NCBI GenBank assembly: GCA_950097015.1
Contig: CATNEN010000038.1
Location: 31,496,001-31,560,000 of the forward strand
Length of the DNA: 64,000 bases
Reading direction: 5' to 3'
Source of the DNA: Macrostomum hystrix
Lineage: Eukaryota; Animalia; Platyhelminthes
Shown here piece after piece: positions 51,580-62,252 of this stretch. Within the stretch, counting starts at the first letter, position 1. Each line of letters opens with the position of its first letter. The notes under the pieces were generated by a model. It saw only the letters and a program-made list of their open reading frames with translations, made no database searches and was not told the origin of the DNA. A program made the translations under genes and the position numbers.

Positions 51580-54102
51580 CTAGTCGACGCAACGAAACTG
51601 GCGGTCGTCGAGGCGCCTGACACCAACTTGTTGGTATCTGTTGCGGTACCCAAAGCTACTTCTGCGGTAGTTGCTGGGCTCGATATTGGCGCGATAGCCA
51701 CTTATAAAGTTTTTGCGGTCTCTTTTGTTGTAGTCGTACTCGTTGCTGATTCGATAGCGGCTAGCACGACTTCTGTCAAAATAGCCGTTGGTGCTGATGC
51801 GGTGGTCTATTTCGCTACGGATGTAATTGGCATCTCGAACTGGGTAGCTGCTATGCGCTCGATAGTTCCTGTAGCCAGTTGCACCGCCGCCTCGTGACTC
51901 TCTGTAGCTGTGTTGATGCCGGTGATGCACTGTTTGCTGGCGCTGGTTCTCTGTGTTAGCCGGATGCGGCCGTACTTTCAGGTTTAGATTTCGAATGCAT
52001 TTGGACATTAACGCAAACAAAAAGTCCGCTCCGCTGCTGTTGAGTTCACCGTCGTAGAAGTGGATTTCATGAAAGTTAAATGTTAAAAGCTGATGTTTAA
52101 CACCATACTCACACAGTTCTTTCTCGAAGAGTTGTTCTGTTCGTGTCGAACTGTCTGGGATGATGAGTAGGTGCAGGCAATTCGCACCGTGTTGCCTTTG
52201 CCCAGCGTCAATTGCAGTGACAGCTTTATATGCCACCTCCATTGATGGCTCATGGTTTAAGTCAATTACCAGACATTCTTGCGCACTGAAGTTTGGCTCT
52301 TGCAGTAATTCAATGAGCCTTTCTTGAGTGTTGTAGTAGACAACTCGAATTGTACTATTCGGGAAGAGTCTGCGATAGTCAAGGGCTTTCCCTAGCTTTG
52401 AGCTGACAACGACTATATCATGCTTTTTCAGGCCTTCTTTAACTTTCTGTTTGGTACAACTGTTGCTTTCTGCCTCAGCTGGTTCCGAGTCCCTTGCTAC
52501 AGCTCCTGATGCGTTCTCTGCATTTTTACTGGCACTGACTGCCATCGTTACATTTTTTGAAGATGCTGTTGGGTTCACTGAGCGCGAGGCCTTCTCAGCA
52601 TATGTTTCCCGTCCTGCTCTTTCATTCTGCGTCTTAGTGAACGCCAGCGCTTGCAGACTGACCAGTTCACCGACCTTCTGCTCGAGGCTGTGGCTGATTT
52701 GTTGGCTTTTTATTACTTCTGCCTTCACTGCTCTTTCTTCGCTAATGATAGCATCCTTAGTTGAGCTACTTGTTTGCTTTAGATGGTTCACAACGTCGGA
52801 TTTTGTGATGTTTAGCGCTTTCAGTAGTTCCGTTTGACTTTCTTTGGCTTTTGCCTCTAACTGATGCATTAGACCGGTGGTCAAGGATTGAAGCGCATTG
52901 CGAGTCTTTTGAATGTACTCATCAATTGACAAGCTACTTTTCAGTTGTTTTACTTCACTGAGAACCGCTGCGACTCCTTCCTCGAGAGATTTCAAACGTT
53001 TCCAGTCTGTATCCATCAGTAGGTTGTTCTCTGTGTTAGTTGCTGCATCTACTGGAATCAACTCTGTCTGTACGGCTTTATCGCTTTTGTCAGCTCCCTT
53101 CATGGGTGATCTCCTTTTTCGGAACTTTTTGGTCTTCGGGACCTTAAAGCTCGCATCTTCTAACACGGTCGTCTCTTCGGCGGACGCAGCTGATTCTTTG
53201 TCAGCCAGCTTTTGCTTCCGCTTCCCGAGTCGCGTCTTGGCTTCTTGAAGAGGCTGACTGAGGAATGAGATGTCAAAGTGGGCATCAGCTGCATCAGTCG
53301 ATTCAGATTTTTTCCTTTCATCGATTATCTGCTCAGGCGTCTTTACTGCAATGTCCATACTCGTTTCTGAGGGCGTCGGCTCGTTGCGGCTTGGTACATC
53401 GTTTAATTCAGGCACAATGTGGCGAAATGTCACGTTGATGCGTGGTGCGCTTTCCCTCGTCTTTAGGACTCCATGTTTGAACTTGGTCTGACAGTCCCCT
53501 TGCATCACCAGCATGCTGCCTGGTGACATTATTAATGAGTAATGCCGTTTTTCGTCCGTGTTCTCAACAGTCAGGCATCTCTCAGCTCCAAGAGACAGGC
53601 TGGCAATGACTGGGTTGATGCCGAGACACTTCTCATTATCCTGATGCAGCTGGATTGAGTCTTGTCCATCTCGATATAGATTTAGGAGGACACTGTTGAA
53701 GTCAACATTAAATTCTTTTGACAAGCACTGTTTAATCTGGAGCAGCTCCTCAGGCCAGTTGTTGTTCTCTTTCCATTCTACTCCACAGTAGGAGTATGGC
53801 TTTCCATAAGCAAATGTCCTGCGAGGTTCATTGTGCTCTATTCCTCTTATAACGCATCGTCGCGACTCCCAAGGAGTGGTTTGCAATAGTTTGTCAAATA
53901 GTACAGTGTGATTTGAATCGAGGTAATCACGGCAGTAGATAAACGGCTGGCCATCCACTTTAGCGCACTCGTCCTCTGTAACTTGGACTGCTATCCATTT
54001 GTGCTTTCTCTCGACTAAATGAGGCTCTCCACTGTGTTGCCTTGTCGCCATGCTCTCGCTCAGCGCGGTGGGGGTGGAGTCGTCAGTAACTGTCAAGCTC
54101 AT
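51580..54102 (-). CDS. LINE ORF1: N-terminal AlkB (ALKBH2/3-like) 2OG-Fe(II) dioxygenase + coiled coil + degenerate SGNH-esterase-like domain + R/Y-rich tail
   Basis: Contains EPRRTFAYG, FNSVLLNLYRDGQDSIQLHQDNE, IASLSLGAER, GSMLVMQG, FKHGV and RINVTFR (~53945-53420). It lies directly upstream of ORF2, inside the element boundaries. Confidence 0.9.
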   Translation of the reverse strand: MSLTVTDDSTPTALSESMATRQHSGEPHLVERKHKWIAVQVTEDECAKVDGQPFIYCRDYLDSNHTVLFDKLLQTTPWESRRCVIRGIEHNEPRRTFAYGKPYSYCGVEWKENNNWPEELLQIKQCLSKEFNVDFNSVLLNLYRDGQDSIQLHQDNEKCLGINPVIASLSLGAERCLTVENTDEKRHYSLIMSPGSMLVMQGDCQTKFKHGVLKTRESAPRINVTFRHIVPELNDVPSRNEPTPSETSMDIAVKTPEQIIDERKKSESTDAADAHFDISFLSQPLQEAKTRLGKRKQKLADKESAASAEETTVLEDASFKVPKTKKFRKRRSPMKGADKSDKAVQTELIPVDAATNTENNLLMDTDWKRLKSLEEGVAAVLSEVKQLKSSLSIDEYIQKTRNALQSLTTGLMHQLEAKAKESQTELLKALNITKSDVVNHLKQTSSSTKDAIISEERAVKAEVIKSQQISHSLEQKVGELVSLQALAFTKTQNERAGRETYAEKASRSVNPTASSKNVTMAVSASKNAENASGAVARDSEPAEAESNSCTKQKVKEGLKKHDIVVVSSKLGKALDYRRLFPNSTIRVVYYNTQERLIELLQEPNFSAQECLVIDLNHEPSMEVAYKAVTAIDAGQRQHGANCLHLLIIPDSSTRTEQLFEKELCEYGVKHQLLTFNFHEIHFYDGELNSSGADFLFALMSKCIRNLNLKVRPHPANTENQRQQTVHHRHQHSYRESRGGGATGYRNYRAHSSYPVRDANYIRSEIDHRISTNGYFDRSRASRYRISNEYDYNKRDRKNFISGYRANIEPSNYRRSSFGYRNRYQQVGVRRLDDRQFRCVD

Positions 54103-54832
54103 TGGGTCAGAGATTTTACAAATAGACGTACAAGAACATTGTTAAGATATTTTATTAGAGCTATAGTTACTGGCTAGCGATAGAAAAACTGGTTTCCTAG
54201 AAGCCCCAATTGATTGTACACCAAAGGATAGGAACGGGAGAGAGAAATGATATCAGTGTACAAAACAAGGTGTACAATGAAGGCTCTCTACGCGCGCTTG
54301 AAAAACAGATGCTTATAAAAATTTTTTTTATCAAGGTGTTTCTAAAGAAGTTCTTACCAATGCTTCAAGAAAAATGCACAGAAAGGAAAAATTAATTACT
54401 ACACAAAATGGAGTGTTGGATAATTCTTACAATTGAAACAAAAAAAATGTTTGGTATTTCAATAACTGGCTGTGTAATTCGAAATTCAGTGACTTTTTAA
54501 CAGACAAATATTTTTTCGTAGAGAGCCTAAAACACTGTAATATTTCAATGCAGGCAATCAGACGCTTTTTAAAGGAAAACAAAGCAAATTGACAATGTTT
54601 TTACTTAAAATTTTAGCTGATTAACCTCGGTTGGAAGCTCTATCGATAGTGATGTGTCGCTTTGCAAACGGATGCGTATTCGCGGAGTTGTCGATGATGG
54701 CTCAGATGGCTCAGATGGCTCAGATTAGCACTCAGACTAACTAAGAATTAAATTAATATTAATCATGACATTCTTAAATAAACTACGTTGATCCTAAAAG
54801 ATGACTGTTTTAGACTGTTTTAAAAGATGACA

Positions 54833-57719
54833 GATGTATACTGTCGGCACGAGGACTGCCGCGTTCCGTTCAAGCTGGAATCGAGCGAGGACTGGCTTGT
54901 GTGGAGTCTGAGAGCAATGGCACCGTTGCACCCACACCCATGTACTGAGTCCAGGCCGCTGCGCGGTGATCGACGGCAAGAGTTAGCACAGCGAGTTAGG
55001 CAATCGAGTGCGTACCGGGTGACAGCGCAGCTGGCCGCCGAGTCTATGGACGCGGAAGTTCCAACTAGTTGTGCTCTACGGGTGGCTGCTGCGCGGCAGA
55101 GGCTGCAGGAACAAGTGGCCACATCACCTGTGCTGGAGTTGTCCAGCTCCCAAGTGGAATTTGTTCCTCCATATGTGCGAGGAATTTTTCTGTCCCGGCC
55201 GGGCCAGTCCGAGCCCACCTATGTGATACTGTGGCACGACCAGGGCATCGAACTGCTGAGGACCCTTCACCGATGGCGAATGCCTATCCGTCTAGGAGTG
55301 GATAGCACTGGCGCTCCAATCCACCGCATCAAGGGTGCTGAGGCAAAGCCACTTTACTACCATGCACTGGTTCTCATTCATCCGGTAAGCTTTGCGCACA
55401 AAGATGAGACACAGATGCCAAAACTATAGATTTGGTTGCCACATTCATAAAAAATTTTTGTTTTGCATAAATGTATATCGCAACCCACAGAAACCCGGTG
55501 AGCCCTGTGTTGCTGTGCTAGAGTTACTGTCCTCCTCCCAGACGGCCGTGACGCTTCGCAGCGTTCTTGATGGCTGGTTCACAGAGGTGCAGAAGAGGGT
55601 CTCTGGGATCAGCGTCGAGCAGATTGTGATGGATTTCAATCTTCCTACTCTCCGAGCGGCAACTCATACTTTTCACGGGCTTGATCTGGTGGGATACCTG
55701 CAGCTCTGCTGGCGCATACTGCACCACGAATACCCGGCAGAGATGCTGCGTCGCTTCACCGCCATCGGTCTAGGTCGCAGTCACGTGGTCAATGAAGTCC
55801 GACGGTGGCGCGAGGTGGCTGCAGCATCTCATAGCGTCCGGGTCTTTTGGCTGTGCAGCCTAGGCGCCATCATTCGTTGTCAAGATCTTCAGGAGCAGCT
55901 GCGTCTGGTGCGGGCTCTTTTCTCCGTTTTGTTGGTTGAGAGACTTGACGTTCTGCATCAGCATTTTGGAACGGAGCTGGAGACGCTCAACAGTGCTGTA
56001 ACCGGTCAGGAGATGGTCGAGGAGAATCCGGTGGAGCCAGAGGCCGGAGAGCCATCAGGCTATTGTGCTGCTATCTGGGACATCACCCTGCGTCGAAGTT
56101 CGCCGTTTTGGGTTGCCTGCAGTCAGCTTCAACGGGAGGTGTCAGACAGGATCGCACAGCTTGAGATGACTACGCAGGCACCTTTCAACATCACTGACGT
56201 GACTAGACAGGCGACCAACCAGCTGTGGTGCCCGGCTTTGGCGGAGAGGCTGCTTGACAGTCTTCTTGTGTGGCTGCCCTGTCTGAGCAGCATCATGTCA
56301 CAACCGTTACGCTACGCACACGGCAGACAGCCACGGCGTTCTGATCATGAGCACTCGTTCACGGAGGGGGCAGCGGAATTTTGGATGGGAGTCGTGAAGA
56401 ACCTCCTGGCCATGGGCAAACTCCTGCCTCTAGCTGAGTGGATTCGTAGCCAACACACTCATCTCATTGGGCTGGAGCGCCTCTTCATCCGCGGTCTTGG
56501 TGTGTTGCCAAATGCGGAGCCGACAGTAGACAGTGCCCCCAGCTGCCCGGAATCGGCTGCACTCGATGAGGCAACGCAGGAATCCACAGCAGAGGAGCGC
56601 TCATCACCGGAGCTGTCTAATGTGGGGGAATCCGAAGAAGCTGCTGACCGCCAGGAAGATCCGCTTGAGAATTATGCCGCAAGATATGGCAGCAGGACAG
56701 GCGGGAGACAGCGGCGTTCACCACTGGCCCACATGTCAAATGACTCGGGCTTGACGCACGAGGCCGCCAACAAGGTTTATGTCGTGAACAAGAGAAGAAA
56801 GAAGGCACCCACGGCTTACACTCAACCAAGGAGCATTCCCCCACCCATTCCCGGAGCGCGACAACGAGGCATAGTACCTCTACGCAACCATGGCCAAATC
56901 ACTGGAGTTCCCTATGACGGGCGGCGTGTGACAGTGACAGTCTCAAATGGATGCTCTGTGGACTGCTTCCTACAGGCACTCAGCTACGCGTACAGGAATC
57001 GGCCTGCATTTCATGAGGCCACTCGAGGTGCCCCGGACTCTTGTCAACCTTTGCGGGACTTCCTGGAGGATATGGATGCAGCAGCCACGGAGAAGGAGGC
57101 AGCATGCGCTAGGGCTCGTTTACTCCTACGCACGCCAGCTCTCTGGGCTGCTGGTAACTGCCTGCTGCCAGCACCGAACGGCTCAGTGCGCGCCAATCTT
57201 TATGCATCTGAGGTGGACATGGCTAGCTACATTCTGGGACCTGCCATCGCTTTTGACCGACTGTCATTGTGCCAATTTGAGGGCTGCCCAGACAGTGTCC
57301 GCCGCATCGCTTCCCACGCCCCAATTATGGTGCACGAAGTCGCGCCGCTTCATGTCATCGAGCAGCTGCGCCACAGCATGAATCCGCATGCAGAGGGCCT
57401 CTGTAGCGAATGCGGAGGAATGCGGGATTTCAGCAGCGCTGAATTTACTATTCAGCCACCCCCATTCCTGGCTCTGGGAATCCCCGATCACCTGCGCGTC
57501 GATTCTATGGAGCTGCCAGAGATAATCCGGCCCTTCTCTACAAGTGACACTGAGTATGTGAAACTGCTTGAATTTTTTGCCTATGTTTGTCAATTATATG
57601 ACTATTTTAATATACTTGTCCTAGATTATATTATACGAAATCTCATGTTTTATGCTTCTCTCATTGACAGATATAGGCAGTTATTGGCCTTGGGCCAAAT
57701 CAGCGAGGGCGAGGATTAG
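54833..57719 (+). pseudogene. MULE/NOF (Foldback-associated)-like DDE transposase, main part, with C-terminal cysteine-peptidase-like domain; disrupted by the LINE
   Basis: WRKY/GCM1-type finger CRHEDC-x23-HPH and DDE-like motifs LGVDSTG, IVMDFN, GRSH and TEGAAEFW, plus LYYHALV and PCVAVLELLSS. Phase-0 intron at 55385-55490, probable intron at ~57555-57670, and a C-terminal NGCSVDCFLQAL Cys box. Confidence 0.72.
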
Positions 57720-59159
57720 TGGTAAAGTACAAACGACGGAGTGGGCTGAAAGCCACATGCTCCAACATGCACAATGCACCATGCGCCCACCAACACACGC
57801 GTGCACGAAATAATACACCGGATGATTAATCTAGAACAACATTCACAGTAGCAGTTTTGCTTAAATACTCTTGACACTATACATTTTATAGTTGCATGAC
57901 AAGTCACCAAGTGAATGTCATGCACACTCTGTAGAGACTGATGAGAAGTTTTAATAACAGCGTTTTTTCGCTCCTCTATGCTTACCCAGGTACCACATTC
58001 TGAGCGCCAGCTATTTAGCCAATGGCCATTACACGTCCAGAATTTTTCTAGCGGATGGTGAGGTCCTGTACGACGACCTGGCACGCCCAGAGCAAGGCAG
58101 GAGTGCAACCGAGAGGATGCGTCAGAGGAAGCGCAGGTCCTTGGGAAGGATGAGTCTCGTGCTGTATTGCAGATGACGTGACGTCATCTACCGTACGAGT
58201 GGAACTTCTTTGGCAACGCTTATGTGACATATGTGCAAGACAGCATCCACTATTTTTGTTCGTGACAGCAATTGTGTCCATTCAGCTTTGTATTGTTTCT
58301 GCGTGTCGTCTATTTCAGTGTAGTCGACATGTTGCTCGCCAAATGATATGATGATGAAGGATGTTTAGCTGGTTGATGATTATGATGATCCACAGTGATA
58401 GGATCGTGTGTGATACCGAAACCTAATTCCATCGTTGACAGCATATCCAGGGTGCATAACAGCCTGGAATTTGTGCTTAAAACAAGAGCAAAAAAGGGAA
58501 ACGTTTTTGGTTTCAAGGTGTCAGGTTTTGGTAAATAGTGTTTTACCAATTAGTAGCATTTTTAATTAAAAATTACGAGTATTTCATACATATTCTTGCA
58601 TTCAAAGACCAACAGCAACAAATTTTCTACCTTCTGGCTCGAATTTTCCGCCAGGAGATGATGAAGCGAAGACTCAAATGATTCTTTATTTCCATTTCCT
58701 ATTGACATGTTTAAATACTTCATTTTGCTCGAATTTGCGGTAGAATCAGTTGAAAACGCTCAGCATTCTGTCCTGTAAGCTGTTTTAAGTATGGGCTAAT
58801 CAAAGCCTCAAACTCGCTTTTTTTCGTGCAATCATCTCCAACAACATTTTTAAGGTATCCTATCTGTTTTTAACTATAAAATTCTCAGTAAAAGAAGTAC
58901 ATTTTCAAGTCATGTTATCAATTTTGAAATATATTACCATCTGTGTGCAGGAATCACAAACAAAGAAAATAGGTAATAAATATTTTCACTGCTGGAGTCA
59001 GACTAAGGTCACCTTCCGAAAACTTGCCATTGAAGGTGCTGTGAATCACATTTTCAGTTGTTTAACCATACATACGAGGGGTGGTTATTAAGTTCTCGGA
59101 AAAGTGTCCTTAAAATTATCGGATTTGGCTGAGTTTTCACACACTGAAAGGTCGTCCTA

Positions 59160-60561
59160 CTAGCACTTCTCAACATAGCTTCCATCCAGATCCAAGCACT
59201 TCTGCAAGCGATGGAACCACGCATCAAAGCATCCCCTCAGGTCAACTTTGGTGAAGCAGTCCAGCTCAGTCTGCAGGGCAACCGCGAGCTCCTCCCTCGA
59301 ATTAAAGCGCTTTCCCTTCAGGTTCTTCTTCATCCTGGGAAAGAGGAAGAAGTCGGCAGGCGCGAGATCCGGCGAATATGCCGGATGTGGCAGCTGGACG
59401 AGCCGTGTCGCTTGCAGGAATTCCTGGGTCATTCTTGCCCTGTGAGCGGGAGCGTTGTCCTGGTGGAGGAAGATGCCCTTCTCATGCATCTTTGGCCGCT
59501 CCTGCGCAAGCGCTTGAAGAACCTGCGGCAAGCAGACTGTGGTGTACCATTCTGCGGTCACCGTGGCACCGTGATCCAGCAGCACGGGCGGCAGGATCCC
59601 GCAGCGACGGAAGAAAATGGCCGCCATCACTTTGCCGACACTGCGTTTTCGGCGGAATTTCAGCGGGGCATCCTCCTCATTGGTCACCCACTTGACTTAC
59701 TTGACTTAGCGGCAGGGGGCCTCCATGACGGACGCAGCGAGGAGGCGGCTGTTGCCGCCCATATCGCTAACCCCTGGCAGCCAGACGGCCTCCAGCGAGG
59801 CGGTGCCGCTCAGGGTGGTCCGTCGGTCGGTTCCGCCGCGCGATCTTCCTCGCCATAGGCTGGGAAGAAATCAGCTCGGCCGGTATCCCGGAGGAAGTGG
59901 GCGAGCTGAGGGATGTTCTCGGGCGAGCAGGCTTCTTGGTCACCCACTGACGACTCTGCTCTTTGGTCTCGGGGTCGTAGAAATAGACCCAAGTTTCGTC
60001 AGCAGTGAGGATGTTGTCCACCGATTTTGAAGCTCCCCCATTGAACTTGGCCAGCATCAGCTCGGCGAACTCAACGCGGGCTCGCATCTGATCTGCACTG
60101 AGTTGGTGGGGCACCCAGCGAGCAGACAGCTTCCGCATGCCCAGGTGTTGGTGCAGAATCTTGATGATGGTTGAATGCGACACCCCCACGAGCTGCTCCA
60201 ACCAACGAGTTGTCACTCGCCGATCCTCGTCGACGTGGCGTCGAACAGCAGCGACAACTCCGTCCGAGATGGCTGAAATTGGACGACCCTCGCGAGGTTC
60301 GTCGTCCAGGGAGGCCGAGCCGCAGCGAAAGCGCGCAAACCATTCGTACACCATCGACTGGGACGGGGCTTGATCCTCAAGGGCCGCACGAAGCGTCTGG
60401 TGACACGCAGCCGCAGTGCTGCCCAGGCGAAACTGCACCAGAATGGCTACCCGCCTTTCACGTTCGGTGAGCTGAGGCAGGGGTATTATGTTTTCTGTGG
60501 AACTTTGGCCACTGCGGCGCATCATTATGGCCGATTGAGCTGAAATTTTGCATGCAAGCAT
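59160..60561 (-). pseudogene. Mariner transposase interrupted by an insertion
   Basis: Motifs WVPHQL, TADETW, LHQDNAP and YSPDLAPADFFLF. The frame is split at RQWVT by the insert at 59693-59935. Confidence 0.92.
59693..59935 (-). mobile_element. 5'-truncated LINE 3' end with (TAAGTCAAG)-type tail inserted in the mariner
   Basis: 13-bp TSD TTGGTCACCCACT (59680-59692 and 59936-59948). Encodes an ORF2 C-terminus-like peptide, QLAHFLRDTG. Confidence 0.8.
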
Positions 60562-60949
60562 TGAATAGCCATCCCTACAACATAGTAAAATTTCGTGTCC
60601 CTAGCATCTTTCTAAATTACTTTTTCCGAGAACTTAATAACCACCCCTCGTACTAACTAGTACAAAACAAAAAGAAACCACAGTGCCACGGGTCAGAGAG
60701 TAAAGAGAAAGACAGAAAAGAGAAAAGAAGAAGGGAAGAAACAAAAAACGCAAACTGGAATTCAGAGGAAAGGAAACACCCGGGGAGGCACTGTCAGATC
60801 GCCCGTCTGCGAACAAGGTCCCTTATGTAGTCAATGTCGTGAGCTTGGTCCAGGGGCGCCGGCGTCGGCCATCAGCGCCGACCTCTCCCTGCCCGCGCCG
60901 GCAAGGACCTTGCAGAGACAACAGCAGCACTTCTTGCGAAGACATGGGA

Positions 60950-62252
60950 GCACCGTTCGCGTCGGGTCCCTGTACGCAGTCGCGACTGCATTCAGACGGA
61001 CCTCACCGAGGCATTAGAGCACTGAGGGGAGAGCGACCATCAGACAATTCAGAAGCCTTCATAAATAAAACTGGAGCTGGTGCGGCGCCTTCGCGTTCGC
61101 GCGGAAAACGAAACAGCGGCCTCACCCGGACACAACGACGCCTGGCGCAGATGTCGACGCCAGCACCAGCGCCGTGACAGCAGCAACTCCAGGGAGCGGC
61201 CACAGATTATCGACCCCCACCTGGCTACTGCGTCGCAGCCCGGTGTGACGGCCTCAGGAATGAGACCGCCGCCCAGATTCAGGCTCTCTGGCAGCGTGAG
61301 ATGACGGCTTCGACCTGCTTGGCCAAACTCTGGACCGACGGCTCGGCCTCCGGAGGCACCAATAGAGGCGGATCCGGTGCGGCCCTGTTCATCCGCGGAG
61401 CCGCGCCAATCTACCTGACTGCTCCAGCGGGCGCTCTCAGCTCTTCTTTTAGGGCGGAGGAGTGTGCCCGCCGCATTGGTCTCCTCGCAGCCCTGGAGCG
61501 CGTCCCATGGCCCGGTACGGCAGAACTGCGTTGCGCCACTGATTCGCAGGCCCTCATCCGATCGCTCAAACAAGGCCCGCACTCTCACCTGTCCCCCTGA
61601 TGCCGGGACATCTGGCGCCTCCTCCTCAAAGTCCCTGCGGACCACCACGTGACTATCCAATGGGTCCCAGGACACTGAGACCTGAGGCGCAACGATCTGG
61701 CGGACAACCTCGCAAAAGACGCCGCTAGACTCCCACAAGACCAAGCGGAAATCGACCTACACAGTGCCAAGTCCGCGATCCGCCGCACACTGGCCGCCGA
61801 GGCTCGCGCTGCCTACGAAGCGGACCCGCACTGCCGGACGCACCGCGCTGCCTTCCGCGACGACCGCAGATCCGAGGCGACTCTCAGCAGACGCGAGCTG
61901 ATCACGCTAGCGCAACTTCGCACGGGCCACTCGCCTCTGCTGGCTCAGTACCGCCACCGGATTGACCAAGAACAGCCCGCGTCCTGCGGGCACTGCGGAC
62001 ACCAGGAGGAGGACCTGAAGCATGTGATGCTGGAATGCCCAGCTCACGCCCAGACCCGCAACCGCGTCCTCGGCCCTAACCCGACGCTGGCCATCCTCTC
62101 CGACGACGGCCCCCGTGTCCTGTCCTATCTCCAGGCGATAGGGTCGCTGACCCGACCCCCGGACCTGCCCGGCCAGGAACGTCTAACTATCTAACCTGCT
62201 TGGCCATGCCGGGCCACCAGACTTTCCGCTGCAGCCAGTCACACGTCTTCTT
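60950..62252 (+). mobile_element. Decayed LINE 3' portion with RNase H and CCHC finger
   Basis: Motifs LWTDGS, SSFRAEE, TDSQAL, IQWVPGH*, NDLADNLAK, LAQLRTGHS and CGHCG...HVMLECP, with internal stops and a short TCTTCTTC end. The left boundary is approximate. Confidence 0.85.

Larger units (their letters stand above)
47687..54830 (-). mobile_element. Full-length LINE (CR1/L2-group-like) with AlkB-containing ORF1
   Basis: (TAA)n 3' tail at 47686-47703, ORF2 and ORF1 both open, ~730-bp 5' UTR, and flanking CAGAT duplication (47682-47686 and 54831-54835). The clade assignment is inferred. Confidence 0.9.
59075..60650 (-). mobile_element. Mariner (DD34D) DNA transposon
   Basis: ~29-bp TIRs CGAGGGGTGGTTATTAAGTTCTCGGAAAA flanked by TA dinucleotides (59073-74 and 60651-52). 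Confidence 0.95.

Noticed and set aside
48055-53491. Plus-strand ORFs overlapping the LINE
   Set aside because: They are antisense shadows of ORF1/ORF2 with no independent motifs.
53420-53945. Host ALKBH2/ALKBH3 gene
   Set aside because: It is intronless, fused in-frame to ORF1-like domains, and located between the LINE 5' end and ORF2 inside a TSD-bounded insertion that splits another transposon.
46395-59020. Candidate TIRs for the MULE element (GGAAAGTTTTCGGCAAG vs CCTTCCGAAAACTTGCC)
   Set aside because: The match is short and imperfect with no convincing TSD, so the element ends remain undefined.
59160-60561. SETMAR-like domesticated gene
   Set aside because: There is no SET domain, the TIRs and TA TSD are present, and the ORF is interrupted.
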